NCBI RefSeq assembly: GCF_009914755.1
Contig: NC_060927.1
Length of the DNA: 64,000 nt
Source of the DNA: the human T2T-CHM13v2.0 reference genome, Homo sapiens
Direction: 5' to 3' (one strand)
Shown: in pieces, positions 1 to 16,952 of the stretch
How the letters are laid out: each line of letters starts with the position of its first letter
Position numbering within the stretch: the stretch's first letter is position 1
Notes under the pieces: model-generated
Told to the model about the DNA's origin: nothing
Seen by the model: the letters and a program-made list of their open reading frames with translations, nothing else
Database searches by the model: none
Program-made: the position numbers and the translations under genes

Positions 1-17
1 ACGAAAAAAATCAATAA

Positions 18-371
<354 letters not shown>

Positions 372-532
372 TAGGGTGGGCCAATTACAATATGTTTTTA
401 AAAAGTCTTCTTAGATGGATATAACATACACTGGTCTAGCTTCAGTCCCTCTGTGGAGACAGGAGTGGGGAGTCAGCGTGCCTTCTTAACAATTACTCTC
501 CTACTTTACTGTGGCGTGAGGGAAAGGTATTA

Positions 533-892
533 GAGCAGGGCTTCTCAGACTTTAATGTGCCTAAGCATCAGCTGAGGATCCTGTGCAGGTGAAGATTGTG
601 ATTTGGTAGTCCTGGCTGGGACCTGGAACACTGCCTTTCTAAGCAGCTCCCGGGGGTGCTTGCAGCTGGTCCTTGTACCACACTCTGAGCAGCAGGGAGC
701 TACATCAGGGGTTCTCGGCATGCAGTAGAGTCACCAGAGACACCTGCTCATGTGCAGGGCCCCAGCATTCCTAGCTCAGAAATTCTGATCCTGTGGGTGT
801 GGGGAAGGGGTCAGGAATCTTCATTTTTAACAGCCATTTCTGGGGCAGGTGATTGAGTGACTGGAGAGCTCCATGTTGACAAACACTGGGCT
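533..892. mobile_element. two adjacent MER5-family (hAT-Charlie) relics
   Basis: CAGGGCTTCTCAGACTTTAATGTGC...ACCACACTCTGAG and CAGGGGTTCTC...TTCTGAT...TTTTAACA...AAACACTG signatures. Confidence 0.65.
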
Positions 893-1116
893 ACAGAAGT
901 ATAATAAAACCTGAGAAATGCTATTACGAAAACAGGAAAAGAGAGAACATCTGATTAATACTCTGTTCTCAACAGTCAATATCCTGATCTAGTAGAGCTA
1001 TCATTACTTCAATGTCATTATTCAGGGTAATTTTGAATAAGACTTTACCTCCCCGAGTCCTTCCCCTCAAGAATCTCTGCTGAGTAGAGATTTTTAAAAC
1101 AACCAGAACATGTTAG

Positions 1117-1144
1117 TCTCTCTCGATAGAGAGAGAGAGAGAGA
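1117..1144. repeat. (GA)n microsatellite preceded by (TC)4
   Basis: Seen directly. Confidence 0.85.
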
Positions 1145-1149
1145 TGAAA

Positions 1150-1370
1150 GAGAAATTTATTCTCTCAGCATTTTGGGGCCAGAAGTTCAAAATCAAGATG
1201 TGGGCAGGGTTGATCCCTTCTAGAAGCTAAAAAGAAAAACATGCTCCACGCCTCTCTTTCCTAGTTTTCGGTGGCTTCTGACAATCCTTGCATCCTTGGC
1301 TTGTGGATGTGTTACTCCAATAGCTGCATCCATAGTCAAATGACTCATTTTCTCTCTGTGTCTGTGTCTG
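1150..1370 (-). mobile_element. MaLR LTR fragment (MLT1-like)
   Basis: AAATTTATTCTCTCA...GGCCAGAAGTTCAAAATCAAG...GGCAGGG...CCTTGGCTTGTGG MLT1 motifs. Confidence 0.6.
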
Positions 1371-1441
1371 TTAGTGCATAATTTTATTTCAGAATTCTAA
1401 ATTGCCTTCAGATTTGGACAACTTTTCCTCTTCATTTGGTG

Positions 1442-2214
<773 letters not shown>

Positions 2215-2494
2215 GTATGTATATACTACACAATTCCATAAGCACTTGCTGGAAAGGGAAGTAGGTTTTAAATTCTGTGTGGAACACATGTATAGATAAC
2301 ACATGGGCCCTGACTTCTAAGAGCTTGCAGCGTAGGAGAGAAGTCTACTAGGAAAGGAACTCACACACAGATCCCAGAAATCCTGAAATTGGTAGACCAT
2401 GTAAAGTGGTAGGCTGTGCTCTGGGGAGAATGTATTTATTTGAGAGGGAGCTAGGAAAGTTTCACTAGATGGATAGGCAGAGTGTGAATCAGAA

Positions 2495-3071
2495 ATTTAT
2501 TCTCAAAAAACTTAAAGCAGACTTACCATTCAATCCAGCAGTCCTGTTACTGGCTATATACCCAAAAGAAAATATATTGCTCTACAGAAAAGACACATGC
2601 ACTTGTCTGTTCATCGCAGCACTATTCACAATAACAAAGACACGGAATCAGCCTAGGTGCCCTTCAACAGTGGATTGGAAAAAGAAAATGTGGTACATAT
2701 ACACCATGGAATACTATGCCAATATAAAAAAGATCAAAATCAAGTCCTTTGCAGCAACATGGATGCAGCTGGAGGTCATTATCCTAAGCAAATTAATGCA
2801 GGAATGGAAAACCAAATACTGCATGTTGTTACCTAGAAAGGGGAGCTAAACATTGGATACACATGGACATCAAGATGGCAACAATAGATATTGGGGACTA
2901 TTAGAGGATGGAAGGAGGGAGGGAGAAAGGGGGGGCAACTGTTGAATAACTGTTGGATACTATGCTCACTACCTGGGTGGCAGGATCAATTTTTCCCCAA
3001 AACTCAGCATCACACAATATACCCATGTAACAAGCTTGCACATGTACTCCCTGCATCTAAAATAAAAGTTG
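2495..3071 (+). mobile_element. L1 3' end (L1PB/L1MA-like): ORF2 C-terminus and 3'UTR
   Basis: ORF 2469..2849 resembles the L1 ORF2 C-terminus (LPFNPA..LL.IYPKE, KMWYIYTMEYY, SFAATWMQLE.IILS), followed by a G-rich 3'UTR and AATAAAA. Confidence 0.85.
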
Positions 3072-3367
3072 AGGCCAGATGTGGTGGCTCACACCTGTAA
3101 TCCCAGCACTTTGGGAGGCTGAGACGTGTGGATCACTTGAGGCTGGGAGTTTGAGACCAGCTGACCAACATGGTGAGACCCCCATCTCTACTAAAAATAC
3201 AAAAATTAGCCAGGCGTGGTGTTGCACGCCTGTAATCCCAGCTACTCAGGAGGCTGAGGCGGAGAATTGCTCGAAGCTGGGAAGCGGATGTTGCAGTGAG
3301 CCGAGATCACACCTCTGCACCTCAGCTTGGGCAACGGAGTGAGACTCTGTCTCAAAAAAACAAACAA
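3072..3367 (+). mobile_element. AluS at the L1 tail
   Basis: Alu consensus. Confidence 0.9.
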
Positions 3368-4250
3368 CCCCCTCGTCCCCCCCCGAAAAGAACTAATTTC
3401 TCAATTTTTTTCTTAAATAATAGCTAAAGTTCAGGCTAGCCTTGAAATGTTTCCCTCTCTTAATCTGCATGGAGCAACATTATTAGAAGAAACAATTGTT
3501 GACAATATATTCCATTCACTGAACTCCAAGGAGTTGAACCTTGCTAATGTTTCAGCTTCAGTTAGGCAGCATGATCACTAGTATTTTTAAAGAATGAATT
3601 TCACACATTCTCAATCATTTTCATTGCTCTGTGAATGGAAGCAAATCATTGGGGTTCAGAATATTGTTCTGCCAACAAAATAATTTACGTTGCCAGGAGC
3701 TGGAGATCCTAAAAAATAACAAATAACATTTGCAGGCCAAACAACACAGTGCACCTAAAGAATTTTCTGTATTTTATTCTAAGTCAGGCTTGTAATTTCT
3801 CATACCAAAGCATCTCAGCAAAGGCCAGAAAGGGGATTTGGGAAAGCCAAATGAAGCTCACACCGTCCCTTTGCTTTTAAGCCTACATAGATACCAAGCC
3901 AGTTTTCAATATTTCTTTGGCCCTTGTTACTCTGTTAGAGCCATTTACTATTTCTGATCTGTGCTCAGCACAGAAATGGCAGGCCTGATCCAGCAGATCC
4001 ATAACATTTTGAAATCGTGAGCTCTGTTTATTAAAATGTCTGGTCACCTGGGTGATGAGGCAGGGGAGGATAGACTGTCAGATAAAATAAAGACATGCAT
4101 GGGACATTACGAATCCTAACAATGATTTGGTGATGTGCGCCTGTGGTCCCAGCTACCATCCCAAAGTCAAATTTAACTGGGAATTTTATTTTTTATTTTT
4201 CTAAGAATTAAAGCAAACAATCTATTTTGAAGTAACTCAGATATGTTTCA

Positions 4251-4731
<481 letters not shown>

Positions 4732-4804
4732 CTATCTTCTGCTTCCTGATATCGAAGCTGGATCTTATTACAAGGGTAGGATGCACCATGGAAAGCATGC
4801 CTAA

Positions 4805-5143
<339 letters not shown>

Positions 5144-5589
5144 TGATCTTCATCAGTTAGATCTCTGCATTATGCAGACTGACCACTGTGTTATTATATA
5201 TAACATGGTGAAAAACACTGTTACATATGGCTTGTTGATAGCCCCACCTCAGTAATTTAGTTAAGCTTTAGATAGTCTGTTAACCACAAAGGCAGCATTT
5301 GATGTCAGGTCAAAAATCAGATCCAACTATGATTTTGTGGTTGATAGTTCAGAGAATGCTCTACAACAAAGGAATTGAGAATGCAGTGTGACGATATCTT
5401 TCTAACATTTAATTCAGGGAAAATGTCATCGCCAGCACAGCTTAACATTAACTGGGCATTTTAAATTTTTATCTGCTCACCTGGCAAATCTAATTACAGC
5501 ACTGGTAAAATTACACCCTGGAATAGAAAAACTGTAGCCTAAGTCACATGGTGAAGGACAGGTATGTGTGAGAGAGAAAGGGGAAAGAA

Positions 5590-5770
5590 TGAGCTTTAGA
5601 ATTATTCTGATTTGGGCTTGATTTCTGACCCTCTACTTGATCATGTGACCTTGGGCAGTGTGTCTGAGCAGTTCCTCCAGGCTTGCTTTCCCCCTCCCAT
5701 CTGTAAAATGGGCGTCTATTTTACAGATGGGAGAAAGATATCTCCTCTGGTTATTTAAGATGAAGTGTTA
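5590..5770 (+). mobile_element. MIR containing a 40-bp inverted repeat
   Basis: TGTGACCTTGGGCA...CATCTGTAAAATGGG MIR core. Confidence 0.7.
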
Positions 5771-5784
5771 ACTCAGTGCAGTGC

Positions 5785-6325
5785 AGTTCTGAGTCATATT
5801 GGAGTCTGACGCAAAAGGAAAAATCGGTAATACTGAACTCGTATTTATATAAAATTTTGACTTTTTTCAATTTTATTTATTTTTGAGACAAGATCTGGCT
5901 CTATCACCCAGGCTGGGGTGCAGTGGCACGATTTCGGCTGACTACAGCCTCAACCTCCCAGGCTCAAGTGATCCTCCCCCAGCATCCTGAGTAGCTGGGA
6001 TCATACGCGCACATCACCACACCCAGCTAAATTTTGTGTTTTTTTTTGTAGAGACGGGGTTTCACCATGTTGCCCAGGCCGATCTCAAACTCCTACACTC
6101 AAGCAATTCACTCACCTCAGCCTCCCATAGTGCTGGGATTACAGGTGTGAGCTACTGTGCTGGGGTGACATTTTTTTAATCATGGGAAAAAATTGCGTGA
6201 AGTTGGATTTTTTCAAAAGACTGCATTGAAATATTATTTATCTTGTCAACCACGTTTTCGGGTGCGCTCTTAAAATTTGCACTTCGGCAGGTACCTCACT
6301 CATTTAACCCTAAGCCTGGCCTTGG
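5785..6325. mobile_element. hAT-Tip100 relic (MER96B-like) split by an AluJ (5862-6164, minus)
   Basis: TGCATTGAAATATTATTTATCTTG...AAAATTTGCAC...CCTCACTC...ACCCTAAGCCTGGCCTTG end; Alu consensus inside. Confidence 0.5.
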
Positions 6326-7968
6326 CACTCAATGACTGTTAAATATTAATATTTAATGTTTGTATTTAATTTAATTAATATTTAAATGAAACAATGTTAA
6401 ATGTTATTAACCCTCTTATATTCCATTTCCTTGTAGTATCCCATTAGAAACAATAAGGACAACAAACATTTATAAGGGCTCACTTTGTCCCAGGCACTGT
6501 GCTAAGCTCCTGAAGTACATCATTTTGTTGAATCCTTAAAATTTTAGGAGATTGTTACGATTATTTCCACTTTATAAAAAGTGACATTTTTAAAAATTTA
6601 AGCTACTTCCCCTAGAAGACATAGCTAGTAAATGGAGTTGATGGGCATTAGAAATTAAGTTTTGTTTGCTTTTTTCTGCAGGGCTGCTGAAACTTGTTTG
6701 TACACCTCGTGTTGAATTAAAGTATGAATTCAGACTCAGCAACTCCTGCCTGCATTAACCCAGATAGGCCTCTAGGTGTCCTCATTGACCAAGCTCCAGA
6801 ATTCTAGGCCAGAGAAAAACTACTTTTAGAAAAGGGTTTCTCAAATAGTTGTGTGACATGGAAGTGCACATTTATGAGAAATATAGCAGCGTTGAGTGTC
6901 CGTGTGAGATGGTGATCATGACTCTAAAATAAAATAAATCTGCTTGCTTATGTGATTTTCTCTATGAATATTCAGCTCCTTGGCTACAGGTTGATCGCTG
7001 GATTTTAATACAGTCCTAAAGGACTGAGATTTTGATTGGCTGCAAATAGATTTGATGGATGGATGGATTCTTGACCAATGTTATGTAGATGTGATGGAAC
7101 CCAAATGTTTGTTTTAAGAACCTTTAAAACTGTGCCCACTTAGTCCAAATTGTAACAGATTTCTAAATAAATAAAAAGAAGAAAGAAAAGGTTTTCTCAG
7201 GCGTTTTTCAGGTTTCTCAGGTTTTCTCAAGAGTTTGAGTTTTCTTAAACTCTTCCAGGGGAGTTTCTATATATTCTGTGCATGATTACAGACCAAACTG
7301 GGCCTGTCCTAGAAGGTTTTCAGTCTGAAGAAAGCTCTGGGATCAAGCAGGGCCAACTTCTCTGTGGATGGGAAGGATATGACACCCATTTGCTCAGCCT
7401 ACAATCTCCAAGGGTGTGGGGTTTCTCAAACATCTATTATTGTGCTACTTACTCCTGAGCAGGGGCCTGGCAACTAGGTTTCCTGGGTGTCTTGAATCTA
7501 CAGGACATGTCCTGTTTTAATGATTTTGCTTGGTGTCCTGTATGGATTTTTTTTCCAGGATGCCTTAAATGTCCTATATTCAGCTTTTTAAAAAATTAAG
7601 TTACAAAAATTTGGTGGTTAGAGCTATTTTTCAAATTTAATTGGCCTCCGGTATTTGCATTTGTTAAATCTGACCGTCCTACTGGCTGGCTTGTTTGCAT
7701 TCATATGAACATAGAAAAGGTAGGGACCTGTCTTTGAGCCAGCAGCAGGGCTGTCCTAGGACAAGCCTCAAGTGCTTGTCCTAGTCCTGACTAAGCAGAA
7801 GAGCTGTAGCTGAACTGTTAGGAAAATGCCTTAATCAGTTTGATTCCTCAGGTTAGACCTGTGTGAAACCTCCCTGCACAGTGGACTCCAGAGTGGAACA
7901 AATTCATGCTTTACAAAGTTTCTGTCTTATACATTTGTGAATTGGAATCCAGGCCTGTGTACCTTCTA

Positions 7969-8460
<492 letters not shown>

Positions 8461-8964
8461 TTAGTATTGTCATTTCAGTGGCTAAACTAAGGCAGTGCAA
8501 ATCCTCCAAACATCATCTTAATATTCAACAACATCTTCTGACTTTTCTCCCTCAGGAAATAGTTTATATCATGAAATACCTTCTAGAGACTTGATGTTAT
8601 GCTGAGCTGGTTAGGTGCATTATCTTGTTCAGCCCACACAATATCCTTGTGAGATATGTACTAGAGAGGAAACTGAGGCCCAGGGAGGTCAGGAAACTTC
8701 CCATAGTTCATATAAGCAGCCAGTAGAAAGGCCAGGAAATATTCCAAGCACAGCAGTCTGTCTCCAGGTCTGCATGACTTCAAAGCCTACACATTTAACC
8801 ACTATTTTATAAAGATGGGGATGTCTGCTTAGACACCCACTATCAGATCCCTGAAAGGCTTCTTCCATCATAATTGAAGGGCTACTGGAAATGCCCTTCC
8901 CAGTCTTGGACTGTCAGTATTCTTGATGATATATTTCTCATCATTGCTTTCCAATCCTTAATCT

Positions 8965-9262
8965 TTCCTTTTTTCTTTTTAGAGACAGGGTTTTACTTTG
9001 TCACCGAGGCTGACGTGCAGTGGTGTGATCATAGCTCACTGTAACCTTGAATCCCTGGGCTCCGGTGATCTTCCCATTTCAGCCTCCAGAGTATTTTGGA
9101 CTACAGGGGCATGCCACCACTCCCAACTCCTTTTTATTGTTTTGTAGAGACAGGATCTTGCTATAGTGCCCAGGCTGGTCTCAAACTCCTGGCCTAAAGC
9201 GATCTTCCTGCCTTGGCCTCCCAGAGTGTTGGAATTACAGGCTTGGGCCACTGTACCCAGCC
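8965..9262 (-). mobile_element. AluJ
   Basis: Diverged reverse Alu. Confidence 0.85.
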
Positions 9263-9744
9263 CTGATCTTCTTATGAAGCCATTTTCTTCTGAAAATGAG
9301 GAGGGTCACATAGAGAATGGTTTCTCTGGTGAAGTTATGTGTGTGTTGGGAAGAAGAGGCCAGGTGCTGTGATGCTCATCTAGTTAACTACATCTCCTGT
9401 CTTCCAAGTACATTCCTTAAACAAACACCACTGCTCCTTTCCTCCAGCCTGTCTGCACAGGTAATTCCAGCCCAGTCAGTGTTAATGGGCCCTGCATCAG
9501 GAATATCTTCAAGCCATGCCCTGATCAGGAGTGTTGCAATTGCACAGCTTGAAAATCCACCAGCTGCAGGCTGCCCTAGGCTGTCTTTTCTCCCCCTGGT
9601 TATTTTCACCCTGCTGGTCTGATTTCCAACCTTCCCTTTGACCTTCCCTCTTTCTTCCTCCACAGGCCTACTTTAGTTGCTTCTTCCCTTCCCTTTTCAT
9701 TTTCATTGATTTCCATTTAAGAGAGGTGGTTGTTGAGCAATTGC

Positions 9745-10054
9745 TGTTTTCTTTTTTTGGTTTTATTTTGTTTTTGAGATGGGGATTTGCTCTGTCACTC
9801 AGGCTGGAGTGCAGAGGCATGATCATGGCTTACTGCATCCCTGACCTCTTAGGCTCAAATGATCTCCCACTTCAGCCTCCCAAATAGCTGAAACTACAGG
9901 TGTGCACCACCATACCTGGCTCATTTTTTATTTTTTTGTATAGACGGGGTCTCACTATGTTGCCCAGGCTGGGCTCAAACTTCTGGGCTCAAGCAGTTTT
10001 CCTATGTTGGCCTCCCCAAGTGCTGGAATTACAGGCATGAGCCACTGCACCTGG
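9745..10054 (-). mobile_element. AluJ
   Basis: Reverse Alu with a GAGCAATTGC repeat on both flanks. Confidence 0.85.
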
Positions 10055-10100
10055 TGAGCAATTGCATTTTTATAATGTCATGGTTAATAAAGAACATGAT

Positions 10101-10418
<318 letters not shown>

Positions 10419-10719
10419 AACATGAGATGTGGAGCCAAACAGACGTAGGTTTGAATTTTAGCTTTACCACTTACTTACTGTTTGGCCATGTAACCAAAGG
10501 AATATTAAACTTTCTGAACCTCCCTTTTTATATCCTCATCTGGGGATAAGACCATTTTTCTTGCACAGTTGTAGGGAGAATTAGATGGGTAATGTATGCC
10601 TGTAACCCACTGTTTATGGTGAGAAGTAAAAAATGGCAGCTTTCTGTCTTCTTACCTTGATAGATTTCTTTAATCCTGGCATAATAATCTGTCTTCACAT
10701 TCTTTTAGTTTCTAAAACT

Positions 10720-11468
<749 letters not shown>

Positions 11469-12102
11469 TGAAAAATCACAGATCTTTTAAACCTTGGGTA
11501 CTTCACATGAATGTTATAACCATTCAAGAAGAGAAAATTATATGAAACTCAGAAGTTAGGTGAACTCCCATCCCCCTCCTAGTCCCAGTACACCATTCTT
11601 GCCAAGGCATCTGATATTTTGCCAAGCAAAAGGAAATAGAATGTGTTTGTGTGTGTGTTTAGTGTTAAGAAGAGCAATCAGGTAAGTATTGCCAAAATGG
11701 ATCTTTCGCACACTTCCTATTTTCTTTTGCAGAGGTGACAGATTCTCCCTGAATCATCAAAGGCAGAAAAGGATGACAGTGGTATCAGGACACTCTGATG
11801 GTGGGCTCAGATTCCAATCTGAGATTAATCTCAGATGCACTCTTTCCAAAGAGAATCAAGGTGAAGCCCACAGGTCCATACATCTGATAGGGCTGAATTT
11901 TGAGAGGGTTTCTCAAGGGCATTGTAGAAGAGCATTTCACAATTCACATTATCACACTGCCCCTAAACAATTCAAAATGGGGAAGGATCAATAGATACTT
12001 ACAGTGTCACTGATCAATATTTAGTTCATTATCGTTATCTGTGATTTTAACAAGTATATTCAGTAGGGTAAGACATTTTATTGACTAGAAAACAATTTAA
12101 GA

Positions 12103-12156
12103 AATGTACTTGATCCACTAGAAATAAATAATGTACTTGATCCACTAGCAATCAAT
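12103..12156. repeat. 27-bp tandem duplication
   Basis: AATGTACTTGATCCACTAG(A/C)AAT(A/C)AAT twice, 25/27 identical. Confidence 0.85.
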
Positions 12157-12794
12157 AATTCAGCCCAGTGGGCACCACCTGAAACTGGGTAGTTTCCTAG
12201 GTAAGGGTTATTTTGACCTGTGCTTGGATTTAGACCTAACTCAGCCCTTCTGCCACTAGTAAATGAAAGAAAATTAGGACTGTTACCTTTAAGAAGTAAC
12301 AATGAGCAAGGAGAACTGGGCTTAGCATGTATACATTCAATTTTCATTAATCCGTTTAAAAAGTTATGTTTGCTACTTTCACTCTTCCTATGGAGAAGTT
12401 GTTCCTGGATAGCATTCACGGAATGAGGAATTCATAGTTTAGTATTTGGAGTATGCCAACTCAGGATTTACTTCCTGCTTTTCTCCTACTAGTGGTAAAT
12501 TACATGACCTTTCTAATTCTCAGATTCTTTCTCTGTAAAATGGAGATTATCTAGCACTATACACCCCATTAGGCTGTTGTGGGGATTAAATGAGAAAATA
12601 CATATAAAGCACTTTTGCACACCAGCCTGGAGCACATTGAACTAGAATTCAACAAAAGCCAACTCGTTTTTGCAGCAGGACATACTTTCTTTTTTCTACT
12701 CCAAAGTGGCACAAGGATGGGGGTGGAAGGGATACAGAGTAGTAGAAAAGACCCAGGGAAGTCCAGAGGAGGGGCATATGAAAACAGAGAAACA

Positions 12795-13176
<382 letters not shown>

Positions 13177-13772
13177 TCATTACCTTCTGGGCTTTGTGTA
13201 CATGTCAAAAGATTTTGTCTTTGGAAATGGACTGCATCTCCATGCCCTGTGACATAACAGGAGACAACTACTGTTTGTCTTGTCTTGATAAGCATGGATG
13301 AAGTACCTCCCTTGACATAACTCCAAGTCAGCACTTATTAAAGGGTGGTCTGTAACGTGGTGCAAGGTAAGTACAGAAATTGAGAGTTGGTGTTTAGAAA
13401 CTTTGATTCCAACTTGACAGAGTAGTTTTATGTCTGCTGAATCTAATAATACATAGGGATGTGTATTTTCTTACGTTTTTTCAATAATCTAGCAATTTTT
13501 TTCTGAATTAGCTTTTCTCCTCTAGTAATTTGCTTTTATTTTACTTTATAAAACTATAGGTACACAATGGATTGGACTCTTTAAAAATTGGTCTTTCACT
13601 ACTTTGAGAAGCACTACTCTAGAAAATAATCTAAACTTGCCTATTGTACCGAAGAAAGTCATTCTTCCAGTTCTGGAAGCTCTTTAAGGACTCACCTTTG
13701 TAGTAACTCTTTAGTCTGAGCCTTTGTTCCTAAGAACAGACCAAACTAATAGTTTAAAACAATTCCGGAATC

Positions 13773-13778
13773 TTTATT
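13773..13778 (-). terminator. candidate distal polyadenylation signal AATAAA
   Basis: TTTATT on +. TGTA about 30 nt upstream and a GU-rich tract (TTAGTTTGGTCTGTT) downstream on minus. Confidence 0.55.
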
Positions 13779-14324
13779 TCTTGTAATATTTAAGCTTTTG
13801 TGAGTACAAGGAAGAATTTTGAAAATTTTTGTCAAATATAGAAAAATAGATAAACATCTAGTAGGGTGAGGCAATTTTAAAAATCCACCTTGTTAAACAT
13901 GTATCTTTATGAGGTAGATCAGTATGTCTTGATACAGAGGCCCAAGATATATTAGGCAGAAAACAAAACAAACAAACAAAAATGTTGTAAAACTGTACTT
14001 GTAATATGCTGGACTTTAAAAAAATTACTATATGCATAGAAAAAAATCCAAACAAATATACAATAAATTATTATATCTGAGAGTGTTCGGCTAATGGGCA
14101 CGATTATGTTTTTGTTATGTACTATTTTGGTTTTGCATTTAACCATGGTATTTTGTAATAAAAAAGAGGAAACGTACATGTTGAATAATGTACTTTTGTC
14201 ACTTTTGGCTTTTAATAAATAACGTAGTTTAATTGGTTTAATACCAATGCGGTTGAGAAATGTTTTTCAAAAGAGATGAAGAAAACCGTGCAGTAGGATT
14301 GCTGAACTTCCATTTCTTTCTTCC

Positions 14325-14627
<303 letters not shown>

Positions 14628-15254
14628 TGAGCTTCCATTTCTATACCTTCTTTTCCTCTGTGGGAGCCAAGTTATATTTGCCCTTTCAAGGCATGCTTGC
14701 AAGTGTAACCATACTATTTCAGGAACAGAAAAATGTTATTTTATGCAAGATACATGTATGGAAATATATTTCATTTCCACTCCCTTCTCCACATTATGTA
14801 GGATTAAAGGATGTCAGAGAACTAATTTCTTGAATTTAGAAGACCTGTTTGCCAGTCTGTGAAATTAGTATAAATTACTTGCTACAAATAAACAACATTC
14901 CCAAGATTAAAAAACCTAAAAGTTCTCATCAGTCATCCTCAGTGAGACAAACTACCGCATTTCATCAATTCTAAGGCAACTTTATTGTAAGACACAGCAT
15001 TATTTTTAATGTACTATTAAGAAAAAACTGCCAATTCAAGTAGAATATGCCATCAATAAAAAGATGAACTATGTTTTTAATGTAAATATTTAAAAATGTA
15101 CATCCCGGAATTAATAAAATACGGTAATACTATAAATAAAAATCCGAAGCCTTGCCCAATATGATTACTTGAAGTAGAGCACTGCGACCTGCTTCACATG
15201 AACCCCTGACATAAATGGAAGAAAACGTAAACATTTTCAGTAGCACACCTTTTG

Positions 15255-15260
15255 TTTATT
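15255..15260 (-). terminator. candidate proximal polyadenylation signal AATAAA
   Basis: TTTATT on +. A U/GU-rich tract (AATGTTTACGTTTTCTT on minus) lies about 20-40 nt downstream. Confidence 0.55.
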
Positions 15261-16831
15261 GACCTATGTAAAAAAATAATAGGTCTTGAAAAGTCAGAAC
15301 AATAAAAGAATATGCAAAAAGGTTATTTCTGATTCTAGAAGGCTATACAAATATGCAAAAAAGGAATAAGTTATTTTTTTTTTGCTTGTCTTTTTTCCAA
15401 AATTTTTTCCCAAACTTCATTTCTAATTATACAAATGACTAAGGACCAGTTTAACAAATCGTTTTTATGTATATATTACATGCTTTGGAATATAGATAGA
15501 AAATGTTCCAAAAAAGTTGTTCAGAAACTTTTCTATTCACAATATGAACAAGAAACTTGTATAAAAGAAGGGGGAAAGGAGCACCTTTTATGTAATTTTG
15601 AAGCAAAGATGACAAAAAAGATCAATCAGGAATATGGAAATCATTTGCTTTAAAAAACAAACAAACAAAACCCTACAATAAACCATAGCTAATTAGTTCT
15701 TCCAAGGAAAGTATGAGGTAGTTTTAGCCTCATAATTAAATCCACTGCAGCTTGGAGCTTTTTGTCGTTGTTGTTGTTTTTCTTTTTTAATGTTAACCTT
15801 GTTTTTGTCACTTGGTGACTTGGAACTACTTGTGGAATCCAGACTTGTTTAATTTTCTAACGTTCACCATTTTAAGGCACGCAATTCATCTAAAATGACG
15901 TGGCTTTTTTTTTCTGTTGTTTTGGATACTTTCTGTATCATCTTAAAATGCTTTTTCAAACTCATAATTATAAAAACTTTCCATATTAAGTCTGCCACTT
16001 CAAATGACAGCCGAGTTGGAGAATTACCAGCCAGAACAATAGCTCATCACGCAATTAGTGGAGAAAGGAAAAAGGAGCTCCATGATATTGTACCTTAGAA
16101 TGTTCTCCAAGCAGACTTTGTCAATTATTCAGTGGGCTGCTTCATTTTCCCCAATCTGCTACCATAAGTTATATTACAGGATGCTAAGGTAATCAGTTTT
16201 TCCAGAACCCATTTTATGGTGCTTATGAAAAACATCACTCTTTATAGTATCCTAAAAAACATTTACACTCATTCAGAACTTCATGAAAATCCAGCTTCAA
16301 GTAATTTTCCAATACTGTCTAAATTGTCCATGTCTGTGTAGAAAGAGCATGTTACTCTTTGTCAGCTCACGAATTCAAACTCTGAAGTGAGCAATGACTC
16401 CGGAGCTTCTGGTTCCCCTTCTCTCATCCTGCTGAATTGTGCTCTGAGATTTCCCCTGTTCTTATTGCCATGGGACATCCTGAATGCCCTTTCATGTTTT
16501 TGACGTTTGCCTTTAACAACTTTTACTCCCTTAAAAAGTGCTTGCTATTGATGAAGGCTTCACACTGAGTCCTCTCTTGGCAATACTTCAACATGTGGGC
16601 AGACCCTACAGTTACGTTAGTGCCTAGAGTTTGAAAGGCCAAATCCTCCTTTAGGGGCTTTGTGGGGCTTGGTGTGTGATTCACTGATTCACTTCCAGGG
16701 CAACTAAGTCTTCTCTTCAACCTTTGATGTCTTTAGGTTTCTAAAACGAACATCCTCTCGGAAGACAAATACAATTTGCAAGGCACACTAGTGTGAGAAC
16801 GCAGTGCTTGGTCAGGAGGTCCAACTGCAGT

Positions 16832-16952
16832 TCAGACTAATGTTCCAGGCTTTGAATCTTCATGCCAAAAGAGTCTCTGCTCACTACTCTCCAGGTTGTC
16901 TTCCAGCTGGTTTCCATCTGTACCATCCAGTTGACTGATTTCTGTGTATTGT
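16832..16952 (-). CDS. FRMD4B: FRMD4B last exon, coding part (QYTEISQLDGTDGNQLEDNLESSEQRLFWHEDSKPGTLV*)
   Basis: AATAG|A acceptor in phase 2; TGA at 16834-16832. Matches the tail of ORF 16832..17104. Confidence 0.92.

Noticed and set aside
2469-2849. 126-aa ORF as an independent gene
   Set aside because: Decayed L1 ORF2 C-terminus in a 5'-truncated element.
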